A stretch of DNA of 63,715 nt, counting the filler, from Choristocarpus tenellus KU-1152 (Eukaryota; Protista; Phaeophyceae), in NCBI GenBank assembly GCA_964200185.2. It is 10 parts of 10 records of this genome, joined end to end, with 100 filler letters (N's around TTAATTAATTAA, not from the genome) between each part and the next. Parts side by side here need not be neighbours in the genome. Positions count along the whole stretch, not along the records: positions 22,457 to 34,245 come from CAXNAD020002138.1; positions 34,346 to 38,895 come from CAXNAD020014040.1; 8 more parts are not named here. One strand, 5' to 3'. The position numbers and the translations under genes were made by a program. This document shows positions 23,103 through 35,697 of this stretch, piece by piece (within the stretch, counting starts at the first letter, position 1; every line of letters starts with the position of its first letter). Under the pieces are notes generated by a model, which had not been told where the DNA came from, searched no databases, and worked only from the letters and a program-made list of their open reading frames with translations.

Positions 23103-26100
23103 ATGAGATGGAAGATCACCCTGATTGCCCTTGTCGTGTTCGCCTCGGATCTATGTCGAACCAAGGCTTTCATCACTGTTCTTCCACGCCCACAGTCGTG
23201 TCTAACAACAGGTTCTTCTGCCCGCCAAGTAATGCTGCGTGGTTGTTTTGAAATGTCTATCGAGGCGCCACCTGGACTGAAGGGATCCGCCGTCACCACC
23301 ACCCGACCAGCGGCACAGCCACCAGCACCCAAGAAAGTTGTCAAGCCACCCACAGATGATGAGGACGACAATGATGTCATGTGGAAGGTTAAGGTAAGTG
23401 TCGTTAGTGTAGTAGACACTACTCACCACTGCATGGTAGCTCGCTCCACTGCATCTTGCCTTGACTCAAGCAAAGGAGCTGCACCATTGCCTGTAATGCC
23501 TCGTTCCTGATAAAGTCGACCACCAAAGTTGAAGTTGTATTTCGTGCGAAAGACATCTTCCGGTGCTGGAGCCGGGAGACTGTCGACGTTCCCGTGACAA
23601 TGAGATCAACTAAATTGTCAGTTTTTAGTATTTATTGGGACGAGTACACGATCAGTCCCCCAGCCATCTCACCGCTCTACCCAAAATGGTGCTCCAGGTT
23701 GATCCTGCCGACATGCTGGCCCTCGCAGACCGTACTCTCGACACCATCGAAGATGCCACCATGCACCTCCGACGAGTTTTCTCACCCCCGGCATCGACCA
23801 GCATTTCCCAATCGCCGGATGAGGACAGAATGCTTGACGGAGTTAAGCCCAGGATCGTTGTACTCGGCACGGGCTGGGGCGGACATGCTCTCAGCAAGGT
23901 GATAATTCTCTCAATTCGGTCAATAAAAATGAGCCTTTATATCTCGACTGGAGGGGTAGCGAGATCAAATTATAAGCGCATTCTCCACTACCGATTGTTG
24001 TACAAGTTGATACCAAATCTACTTCTATCACATAGTTTAGAAGGAACATAAGCCATTCCTCTCACCACATATTCTTCTTCTTCGATGCACAAGATGGTTA
24101 TTACGTTCACAATATTACCGTCAGTGAGGTTGTGCTATTGCGCTACCTTTGGAGAACAGGACTCTAATTCTGATCTCTATCGATTGACACAGAGTTGATC
24201 TGCAGTTAACCAGAAGAAGTTGCTAGTTTAGTGGCAAGGCTCCTGAGATACGGCGTTCTGTAAGGAAGTCGTTTGTAATTTAAAGTTTGCCATCTTGTTG
24301 TACGATGTTATACCTGAAGGTGTGCTCTCGATTTGCTGTACCCCTTTTCAAAATATCCGCCCTGCCTAAGCAGAATATGGCACTGCTCACAGGACTGATT
24401 GGACAAAACATTCAATGGATTTTTTGAAAAAATGAATTCTATTTCTTTGATCATAAAATATTTCATGTGGGATGGGGGTGTAATGTTGCTGCAATCACTA
24501 AGTCCCATTGCAATGCACACAGATTCCCAGTCACAGTTTGCCCTCACTACTTATTTACCATGGTAATCTGCACATACAAGTTGAGGGTATATCATCACCT
24601 GTTCACTTAATGTGATGAACTTTTTGAGTTGTGAAGATCGTCGTCAATAGACAATACATCTTGCTTCAGAGACTCTTCAGCATGCAAGAAAGCACCAAAC
24701 GACCTGTTTTGTCCACATCAACAGGTAGATTCGTTACCATTCTTGTTTAAGTTACACCTTTGCCACAGCTTTGGAAGCACAACATCGTTGTTGTGAGAAC
24801 AAATAATGTCGAGTAAAACACATCAATATTTAAGAACAACATTCACGACCAAATCCTCCCTATATCCAACAATTCTTTCTCATATTGGCACATGTATGAT
24901 GTGCTAGTAGTTCTCTTTGTGATGGGACACTACCAGACTACTGAAGATGCACACCTTGCTTGGGGTTGCAAAATCACTATCGCATCTCGACATTCACTGG
25001 AAACGACAGGTGATTGATGTGGACAAGTATGAAGTCATCTATGTGTCTCCCCGCAACTACTTCATCTTCACTCCTCTGCTAGCTGCTGCCTCAGTGGGTA
25101 CGGTTGATGTACGCAGTATCACCGAGTCCATCCGCATGGCGAACCCGTGCGTCAAGTACGTGCAAGGGGAAGTCGTTGACATCCAACCTGGCGAGAAAAC
25201 GGTGGGAGCAAGGACGGGGAGTAAGGGTTTGCTTGGTGGGACAGTTCGGTAGGGAGTGCTAGAAGTGGGAATACCTTGGGTAGATAACGCGGTGATGCTG
25301 TTGAGGATCTGTTGGAGCAGAGAACAAGGTGTTAGTTTCATGCTTCCTCTTCCTCCTCAGTTCTTTATATATGCCTCTGGGTTTGGAAACAAACCCCTTG
25401 CCATTTGCTTCGCATAGCTAACTCTACCTAAGGACTTTGGGGATATATAGAGTACAATAGCTTGAACTAGAATTTCTTGGGTGTTAGTTTGGCGACGGTT
25501 TTCGATGAACAGTCAGTGTCTTGTCTTCAACATTTTGCCGTGCTGTAACCAGAAGTACAATCAACTTGTCCAAGGGTATGAAACTCACTGAACACATGTT
25601 AAGGTAGCTAACTCATGCACTCATGATGTGTTCCGGAGTGATTGATCTTGGATGTTCATTGTTTCCTCTATTTATTTTCTTTCCCAACCTGACGTGTTTG
25701 TCTCTCTCTTCTTGTTCCAGCTTGACTACCTCATTATCAATGTTGAATGCACCTTCTTGAGTACACTGTGAACAGATCAAGTCACAGTACTGTGTGATCC
25801 TTGAAGGGCTGAGTCACCCACCGCAACCGCTCCCATATACTCGTTTGCATTACTGGGGGAAGGTGGCTATTGCTCATGCCTCCCCTGAAAGGGTCGATGT
25901 GGGCCCCATGCCTTCTACTGACATTTTTGGAGGTGACATGGAGGAGAAACCCAAGGAGAATTCCTCGCTTATGCACCTCAAGTACGATAAACTCGTGTAT
26001 GCTGTGGGGACAAAGACAGGAACCTTTGGTGTCAAAGGGGTGAAAGAACACTGCTACATGCTCAAGGTATGGCCTTTGGTGGAGTGCAGGTGTGCAGGTG

Positions 26101-29100
26101 TGCAGGTCTGCAGGTGTGCAGGTGTGCAAGTTGGCTGAAGTGAGAGGATGCCAAAGATACAGACACTGAGAGTACATAAAATGTTGTCGAAAATATGTTA
26201 GTGGGTAATCTGTTGAGTAATTCTGGAGCGCGTGGCACCATAAGAGCAATGTGTTCAATCTCCTCAACTTTCAAACGAGGGGCATGGTTTTCCTGGTTAT
26301 GTTCTAGGTTCTCCTAGTTGAAGGTTTGGATTTATGTATATGCGAAAATTCCACTACTAAAATAGGTTTATCTGGCTGTCACTTCCCCTTAGTTGCACTA
26401 GGTATTTCACCCTTCTGGTGACGTCACTTTTTTTATTGATCTCCTAGATTTTGTATCACTCTCATTCTTGTCGTCCGTGTGTCAATCCCCATGGGCGATT
26501 GCCTGTATGTTTCAGGTGCAAACAGCCAAGCGTGTAACAGGGGATACATATAGTACCGTGTTGTTGATTGTTTCTGTAGTTGGAGATGGTCCAGAATCTA
26601 GAGACGCAAGGCGATTGTGGGTAGAAGACGTCTCATTTAGGCAGCACATCACGCAACATATTTTCTATATGTGTACCTGAACTGACAGGAGGCCCAGGAT
26701 GCCCGCTTGCTGCGTGGTGCTATTGTGGATCGTCTGGAAGAGGCATGCTTGCCGGGTGTGACTGAGGAGGACAGGGAACGGTTACTTGCATTTGTGGTGC
26801 GTGTGACCTGCTCCCGTTGTGCGATTTTTTTTTGTGTTCTGAAACCATTTTTGACCTCACTAACACTACTTTCCTCTTTACACCAGTAATAATTACGCCC
26901 CATCCCAGATATCACACTGTGAGCGTCACCACTCCCCTTACTCTGCTGCAATGCATATGCAACCTCCCCAGGTGATAGTTTTAATTGCTCTAAGGTTTCC
27001 CCATTACCCCTCTTAGAAAAAGGGTTATCCTACCCTCTTAGCCTTCCGTGCCTTGTAATATTTCTCCTCCTTGCCTATCCGCCACCTTCTATCCAGTCTC
27101 CTCTAATGACTACCTGCAATTGCATGCCCCTTGTGCTTGAAGAGGTATCGCTTGCTTTCTCATGCCCCCAATACCCTTTCAAAGCTGTGACATGTGTACT
27201 ATGAAGTGTTCGCCTGGTAGAATTTCCTAATCTGTGGAGAATGTAAACTGTTCATATATATTTTTTATCATGGTTGCTCTTTGCATCTTTCATTAATTTC
27301 ATAGCACGCGTGTCTCTCTGGTCAGCCCCATGCACTCAAAGTAGACGGTGAATGATTTCTCCGTGACAAGATTAAGTACACTCAACTCTATCTCTCCCTT
27401 TTCCTATTTATGGTCCGTAGGTAATCGGTTCTGGCCCCACAGGCATTGAGTTCACTGGGGAGCTAACAGATCTCATCAGCACAGATGTTCCTCGATTATT
27501 CCCAGAACTGGTAGGAAAAGTCAGCGTTACGCTTTTGTCGGCTGATGGCGTGGTACTTCCCATGTTTGATGAGGTGAGGAGGTAGCAAGACTGGAGACAG
27601 ATAATGTAGGATGGCAGAGTACTGCCAATAGGGGGGGTGGAGTGAGCACGAGAGAGAGAGAGGCAGGTGACGTCTTGCAAAAAAAAAAGTGTTAAAATAT
27701 GAGAATGATATGAAATCAGAAAACTATCCCAGAAGCTTGTGTTGACTGATCTAGAGTATTGTTTCCATTGCCGAGGAAGATTGTGGTTATGTCCCTCCTA
27801 TTTACAGCAGATCTGATAAAAAAAAATGATCTCAAAGCACACGACGAAATAGATGTTGAGGTGTATTTTTACTTTGCTTGAAATACTCTAGAAATGCTTT
27901 TGATATGGGCTAAGTTTCTAGGGAATACTCTATATTTCACTAGAGATCTAAATGACGCATCTCTGCGTTCCGTGCCAAACCCTTCCTACAATTTTGTTTT
28001 GTGTTGAAGGTCCTGCAAGATCGTGGCCTGAAGCAGCTGAATGCGCAGGGCATCGATGTCATGCTGGGGCAGGTTGCTGCAGAGGTGAGATTGTAATCAC
28101 TTGAGACGAGGCATAGGGTATGCAGTACAAAGGGAGATGGACCGCGACCAATCTCACAAACGCAGTCCTGTTGAGTGTGTAATTTAGACCACACACAGCG
28201 CAGAGAGTAATACCACTATAACGAGATATACTCCGAAGTATGAGATTTGCAGTGCTTTCATACAATACAGACAATTACAAAATATTAATTGTGTTTTCTT
28301 CGTGTAGCAGACGTATCTGTTGTGTTGACTGTGCTGTACTTCGTGGCTCCATGCTTTGGAATAGAAAGGGTCTCAAACTGACTCGTGGTTTAAGCTAACT
28401 GACTTGTCGCTTGGTCTTGAAGGCGCATTATATTGTTTTGAGATATGACACAGTTGTTGAGCTATACTTGCGGTGGACTACGAGCAAGTTAGTTTATTGT
28501 GTGAAGGGAGTTCGGTCAAACAACTCTTTTTTTTGCTGACATTTCAAATCCGACACGTGCGACCAAATCACACCAAAAAAGTGAAATCGAAAAAAGGGTG
28601 AAAAACGGACGCCGACACCCCCCCCCAGATACTTTGACCCACTCAGGACCTTTACAGTTGGTAGGGTACAACGATGCATACGATGAATACTGTAGAGTTC
28701 TAGAGTACCAAGTGAGTATGCTTCTCGGCTGGTACCTGATGTTCGTTAGACAATCCAATAATAATTCTGTACTTTTTTATTTTTTTGGAATGATGTACTA
28801 TCAAGTACCTGAGGCGATTGTACTACTGCTGTAGTTCTTTGCTCAGTCCAGAGTAAGCTCTTCGCATCCTTCTTGAGAGTTGCATCTGTTTTATGAACTT
28901 CTCTCGGCTCTGTCTGCTCTGCTCAATATTTCTATGCTTCCACTTCATCCAAGTAGGTTACACCGTCAGATGTGGTTCTAAAATCAGGCAAGCATGTACC
29001 CTACGGACTCTGCTTCTGGGCAGGGGGCACTGAGCCCAGAGCTCTAACCAAAAAGATCATCAAGAAGATTGGTGCGATACAGACAGAGGCGGAAGGAAGC

Positions 29101-32100
29101 AGGCGGGGGCAACTCACTGTTGACAGGTGAGGGGTCAGGTGTGAAAAGTTAGAGGTGTTGAAGGAAGATGCTGACAAGTACTGTGGGTAGCAAGTGCTTA
29201 TGTAGTACTTGTTATTGCCATCATTGCCGTTTATGATGTGAACAGTTTGAATACATTATGTTCATAGTAGTTCATGAATGGACTGCCAGCTGTTTCATAT
29301 ATACTCTGGGATAAATTTCAGTATTGGCTTTTGCATCTCTTCTACAATAGTCCCGACCCCAGTAAGATTCGGCAAGAAATCGTTGGCGGTATGTATGTAT
29401 CATGACGTCATGATTTACCTGTATTTTGCTCTGCAAATTGGGAATTTTCAATTTTATTTCTCTGTGGACCACGAGCTTAACATACAATGACTTCAAAACT
29501 GAATCAAATCACTCTATCGGTGATGGCAATATAGTGGGAACTAGGAAAATGATCTCTAACCCACGACAATTCATTACAATTAGTTGAACATGGTCATCAG
29601 CGATTGGTTGCCCCGACCAAGACGTGGAGATCAACATCCTTCTGCAACCTTTTTATGGCATAGTAGGGCTCTGAGTGCCGACCCTTCAACATAATATGCT
29701 ACGAAGGGACTTGCTTTCTTGTTCTTGTTGTAGAACAGGCCCTGCTACCGATCTGTACTCTAATTTATATATTCTCTATGCAATACAATATGACATGACA
29801 AAATATATATACGGTACATAATCATCCCATTAGTGCAATGTGAAGTACTACCTACCGGGTTTCAAGCACAATGTGTCCAAGGTGTGCAACACTGGTTATA
29901 TGTGCTGCTTACCTGTCTAATCTGACTCTTTCCTTGCTCACTGTTGTATGCCCCATGAAGATGTCTTAGATATCAGCTTTTAATGGACTCCAACAAGCTA
30001 TTTAGTTCTCGTTCCAATTGATAAATAATCAAGCTATTTTTTGTCCTAGAAGGTAGAGACATTATCTATTACCCCTGACATTGTGAGATGTAGTAGTTGG
30101 AGCTTCTAACGCCTTGGTGAAGATCTCGTTCAAAATGCACAGATGCTGTAAGGAATTCTTGGTACCAACCCCTCCTTTTCTGGTTGGATGATGACAAAGG
30201 ACTCGACTTAGTGTTCATTATTTATTTGTTTATCATATGATGAGTATTTTTGAGTACATGTCTTATTGCAGGGCCATTGCAACATTGTAATGCTGCAGTA
30301 TAACCGTCACATAAAGGATATACTTCAAAGTATATATATATGCTGGTTCAGCTTTGTTAGGGGTCTTGCCGTTGTTGCTGCATTGAATATAGGACGTTGC
30401 CTTGGTATTGCTTTCCCACCGTACTGCTCACAGTCAAGTTGATTTTTTAGTGTCGCTGTCAATAAACTCATCTTAAGATGTAACCGGATATGTTTTCTAC
30501 ACTACTATATCTGCACAAAGTTTTAGATTGATGATTTACGGTGTACTCTTATTACTACTACTACTGTATAGAATAAACTCTTTTTAGGGCCCAGGAGAAC
30601 ATGTAGACTTCATGTGTAAAATAAAAATAAGTGCCTCAACGTTGATTCCATTTGAGCAATTTCATACATATTATAGATCCATGGCACGTTAGCACTCACT
30701 CTTCTTTATTACCAGTCTCGAACTGCATCTCATCGAGCAACTTCTAGACAACAAAGTGTTTGCTTCATCCAATTAACGAGAAATTATGTCTCCAAGTGTC
30801 ATATCAATGCCTTCATGTATTGTGCAGCATAAACCTAAATGAGCGAGAATGCAAGTGTAGATATACCAAGGAGGATGCTGTTTGCAAGTCATCCTGGGTG
30901 TTGGTAACGGCCTTGGATCTGGGCCTGGACATCTGTCCACACCAAAACCAAACATGCCTGAGCCTTGACCTGATCAATTCGAACAGAATCACTCAGCTCA
31001 GGATCCAAAGGCTGCATCCTGAACACCCTGTCATGACTTGCAAGCAGCTTCCTCAATGATGCCACACAAGCAACCCTCCCTGCTTCTGATTCCTGCATAG
31101 AGCACTAGTCGTTGATAAAGGTAGGTCATACAAAATACATATATTAGATGTGATTTGGGGTGGAAAATAATAACGAGAACCAGGTACCAATGTAGCGTTA
31201 TGCTATCTTTTACATTAAGAAAAATAGTAGTAAAATGTAGCAAGGCATTGTCAGTGCCAGTACGTTTTCATGGGGCAAAAATACCTGTAACATGTGTTAC
31301 TCTATTGTCCTCAAAGGGTCATTTTCTTACTCCTACTTATAGGTGATTGTTCTCACAACGAAAAAAAGCATACGTCTGATCTATTGTTCTGCTCACACAT
31401 ATCGTCATATGATGAACACGTGCTTCGAATTCGAAACTCATGGGTTGGAACTTGGAAGTTGGGACGTATCATTTTGTGTTTACCTACCTGCGAGGTTTCC
31501 AACGTATCCGCCGCAGAAGACGTGTTTTGTTATGGTTTCTCACCTCGTCACTAATAATTATAATTTTTTACGTGGAAAAAATATCGAGAAAAAGAGCAAC
31601 CATGTCTGACCATAGAAAATCACAGACAGAACTGGCATTCGCTTGTCATTTTGTTGGTGCGGTCAAAGACGGCATCGTCTCAACAGCTTCGAAGGGGATG
31701 TTTGAGGGTGGCATACGGACAGAGGTGGAAAGAGATAGTGCGAGAGAAAGTAGTCATGACACACTGAAGAAAGTTGCACTCAAAATATTGCTCATGCCTC
31801 ACCTTATTCTGTAGTGTCTCAAGTTTCCACCCAAGATAGCAGGGTAGTGGATAGTCGAGAGTACTGTATATAGTTTGAAGTATTCGGAAGTATATGTTTG
31901 AATTTTATTTTTTGTGAGTAGTATCGTTAGCTGGAGGGTGGCTTGAATTATCACCAATACGTTGGTTTTTAAAGTTCTGTTTTCTGCTCTCACATTGTTC
32001 TGTAAGCGGATCTAAAGCCACACTTCACTATAACTTCGTATCTACGTTCAATATATTTTTTCCTAGGGGTTCCTGGTTCCCAGTTTGCCTAACCAACGTT

Positions 32101-33575
32101 GCCCTGAGAAATGGTGCTTGTAATGTCCATTCATGCACTTTGAAACCACAGCTGTGAAGTTACCTGTTGCCTGTCTGAAGAAGTTACCCCGTGATTCAAT
32201 GCATTTAATTGGCTGTAAACAAACTTCATTACCAATGTGCATGATTCCAGCTACCTTCGTGTATTAGGCACCAACGGCACTATCATCGCACTTGGTGATG
32301 CCGCCAAGATCAACGGCACGATGCTCCCAAGCACTGGTCAGGTGAACAAGTGATTGACCAAGTACCTTAGTCAGTCTTAATATGGACAGAGAAGGGGTGA
32401 AGCTTCAATGGTAGTGTACAAAGCGGTTCAGAGGATATTTCAGGGATGCCTCATTGGCAATGTTGCTGCGAGGTTGAGTGTTTCAGCACCTCATATAGTA
32501 GAACTGTAGTCTTCATTTGTCACGCAAGGTGCAGATTTTGTCACAATTCTGTTACTAGTCATGCCCGGACTCTTACTCGAGGAATCCCCCTCCCCCTCCT
32601 ACATGTAGTGTACCACTGAGGTCCATCGAAAGTAACAACAGTCCGATACTAAGAGTAGTTCTCCCATTATACAAAGTTTTTTTGATCTTTGCTCCTTCTT
32701 AGTCACTAGGAGATATTGCATAGTGCTTGCCATGAGGATTTGGATACTCTAACCAGACTTCCGTAAAAACAAAGTCTGGTATCGATGAGACTTGAACCTG
32801 CATAATTTATGAGCTCATCAGTCATCCTCCCGTCACCACGTACCCACATCTAACCCTCCACCACCATATGTTTTGAGTCCTTTTCACCATTAATTAAAAC
32901 ACAAGTCCCACTCGGACTGAGCACATACATTTATACCCAACTGTCAAGATTATTGGATACTTGTAAAGATTTCCCATCGATCTAATTTCTTTTCCGCCTC
33001 CAACGTATTTCTTCTTAGTTTCCAATAATTGTACCTTACTGTCCAAAAATTGCACCTTGACGCATCCTCCTTCCCTCCTCTACTTTGCTGTCAATAATCG
33101 ATCGCTTGTCGCTCCTCAACCTTCATGTATGCAGTATACATGTTTTATATTGTTGATATATGATCCATTTTGCCACAACAGCTCTTCTTCCTCCCCCCTC
33201 TGACCTTCTCTCTTACTTGGGTTGCCATACTGAGCAACCTGTTTGCAATTTAATAATACGAAAAAATACATTGTTTCTTCCTGCAATGAACGATGGAGCT
33301 TTGTTCTGGTCCTGAAAAAAAAGCACAAGCCAGGATTTTTGTGTTGTTGTGCCGGATTTTATGACCCCTTTAGAGATGATGTACTGACTTCCATTTGGGC
33401 CAACCATCTCTAGTTTTGTTTTCATTTTGAAAGCACTAGGCAGGAGCAGGGAGAGGGGATAGTGTACCCATATTATTACTGTTGCCCTGGTTACTAGGTT
33501 GCTGCACAGGAGGGAGCGTATGTGGCGCGTCTACTCAACAGGGGTTACAACACTTCTGTGGAAGAGGCACCCACG
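23103..33575 (+). CDS. NDH2: Plastid-targeted type II NAD(P)H:quinone oxidoreductase, 3'-partial. Exons 23103-23393, 23698-23898, 25010-25201, 25863-26066, 26689-26796, 27421-27573, 28010-28084, 28957-29126, 32251-32341, 33498-33575
   Basis: Motifs KPRIVVLGTGWGG, VSPRNYFIFTPLL, YDKLVYAVG, VVIGSGPTGIEFTGEL, YGLCFWAGG, ALGDAA, PSTGQVAAQEGAYVA. All introns are GT-AG and phase-consistent. N-terminus is a signal peptide ending TKA-F (ASAFAP-like). Confidence 0.92.
26084..26129. repeat. (GTGCAGGT)n 8-bp tandem repeat in an NDH2 intron
   Basis: About 5.5 units. Confidence 0.85.
28560..28640. mobile_element. MITE family B/C right end in NDH2 intron 7
   Basis: ...AAACGGACGCCGACACCCCCCCCCAGATACTTTGACCC; left end not recognisable. 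Confidence 0.65.
30680..31340 (-). mobile_element. Degenerate pogo/Tigger-like transposase remnant in NDH2 intron 8
   Basis: Frameshifted traces in pogo order: RSKKMTL, LRK...IDQVKAQ, HEGIDM..LDE, ETG. Confidence 0.45.
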
Positions 33576-34204
33576 GTGAGATGTGGAAATTTACCTGAAA
33601 TTCAAGTATTGGTTCCTCCACAGGTCTCCTATTTTCTTATAACATGGTAGTTTGTGGATCCCTCTCTACAGAGACAGTGATATATTGAAATCTGTTTCTT
33701 TTATGATGTCATGTAAACGAGTATAAATTTCATCCACACATGGGAAATTTCTAGTCTGATGATGTCTTCTGTTTATTTTCATCTTGCCCCTTACCAATAA
33801 CAAGGACAGAAAAAATGATTTTGATGCTCTGAAGGCGTGCTTTCCATCCGCCAGACACTTTAGTTACAGATTTGGGATGCCTTTGACTCACCAAGACTCG
33901 CTTAGCTGGTTTATGCTCCTCACCCATTCGGCTCTGTGAGCGTCCTCATCTTATCAACATTCAGATTAGGCTTTAATAGAGTTCACTATCAACATTGTGC
34001 TTCATTCGATTTTCTTACTCTTGGGCCTCGAACCAACACACACGAACGCACACACACACCAATTCAGATCTATCATTGGGCTTGTTTGTCAAGAGGGGAT
34101 GCAATCTAGCCCTTCAAAGAGAAATATACGCTGCTATTGTGGTTGGTTGTAGGCGGATTATGTTCTCTCCTTGTATGCTCTTTCCTTCAGATAGCCTCCT
34201 CTCT

Positions 34205-34245
34205 GGCTCAAAGTATCTGGGAGGGGGTGGCGGCTGTCCATTTGG
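34205..34245. mobile_element. MITE family B end at contig break
   Basis: GGCTCAAAGTATCTGGGAGGGGGTGGCGGCTGTCCATTTGG. Confidence 0.85.
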
Positions 34246-34345
34246 NNNNNNNNNNNNNNNNNNNNNNNNNNNNNNNNNNNNNNNNNNNNTTAATTAATTA
34301 ANNNNNNNNNNNNNNNNNNNNNNNNNNNNNNNNNNNNNNNNNNNN

Positions 34346-34401
34346 ATGAAAAAATTGACCCCAAATGGACAGCCACCGCCCCCTCCCAGATATTTTGAGT
34401 C
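34346..34401. mobile_element. MITE family B end at contig start
   Basis: CCCCAAATGGACAGCCACCGCCCCCTCCCAGATATTTTGAGTC. Confidence 0.85.
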
Positions 34402-35697
34402 CATGTCAGTTTTATTACACCATGTTTTGTATTTTGATTTGATAACAGTGGTAAATTCATATAGAAGTAGGGTCCTTTTTCCAATGGAGAGATAAGTAGA
34501 TATTAAGGAGGCGTTTGTTGGTATGATATTTTGTTGACATTGTGTACGCATTTGCCTCTAACCAATCAGACCATGGACAAGGTGACAAGGTTGGCTAAGC
34601 ATTCGGGAGGTACTCTCAGTGTCAGGGGGGAGACAAGGGTTGGTAGGGGGCAGCAGAATACTAGGACACATTTTTGACGCCTTTGTACAACTGTAAGGTT
34701 CAACTGTGGTGTGATTTAGCTTTGTGGTTGACAAAAATTATTTGTATACTACTGATTAGATTATATACACGCAAATTTGTACCTTCTAAAGTGCTATCTA
34801 GCTACTGCTGAAAGTTCACACGCACACCACAACATTCAAGTCCATGTTGTAAGCCCTACATTACATCTAAAGATAGACATGATCCAATAATCTTACACGT
34901 GTACTGAATGTTCAAGATATGATTCTGTGTATCCTTTGTTCATCAAAAAGAAACACTCAAGTGAGCCTCTCGTCACAGACACAAATAGGAAATGAGCAAA
35001 CAAAAATAAGGATCAAGAAAAACAGAACTTGCATATATATGTGGAGCCTACGCACATGAATATACACACATATACACCCCCTCCCATCCCAACCCTAACT
35101 TTTTCTACATATCACACAAGCATCTCCTCTACCAGACTTACCCTTGAGATGTCCACTGATCCTATGGCCTCAACATCCAACATCACAGCATCCAGAGCCA
35201 ACATCGGTTGTCAGCAGTCCTCTTGAGTGCACCAAAATATAGTTTGTCCCATTGCTACTGTTGATAGGTCCCCATTGACCCTGCAACCCTCACACTCCCC
35301 ACGCAATCTACACGATCTGCAGTAATGGTGCCCCTTACAGCACCATTCCCCTCCCCCCAACCCACCCTTGCACCCTTGCCTGCCCTTGAGCCTGCATTTT
35401 GCATGTATTGCATGAGGGATGTGGGATATCTTATCCGCTGCAGGGGTGGAGGTGGGGGATGCTGGTCGGGCGGAAGTGGTTGCCAGGAATCTTGTGGTAA
35501 ACATTACCGCTTCTTGTGCGCATGGTATGCAGGCGCTTACATGGCAGTGACAAGGGCTTGTGTAGGGTTTGCAAGGGGCTTGTATGTTGTGTACAACCCC
35601 ATACCACTCAAAATCAAGCACATCTTCGAATTTTTTATTGCATAAAGGGTGTTCGACCAAGGGTTGTTAAGAGTTTTGAAGTAGAGCTCGAAACTAG

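Noticed and set aside
34201-34405. Joining the two MITE-B ends across the linker into one element
   Set aside because: Both are the same end type, the flanks (CTCT vs CATG) do not form a TSD, and the contigs are arbitrarily concatenated.
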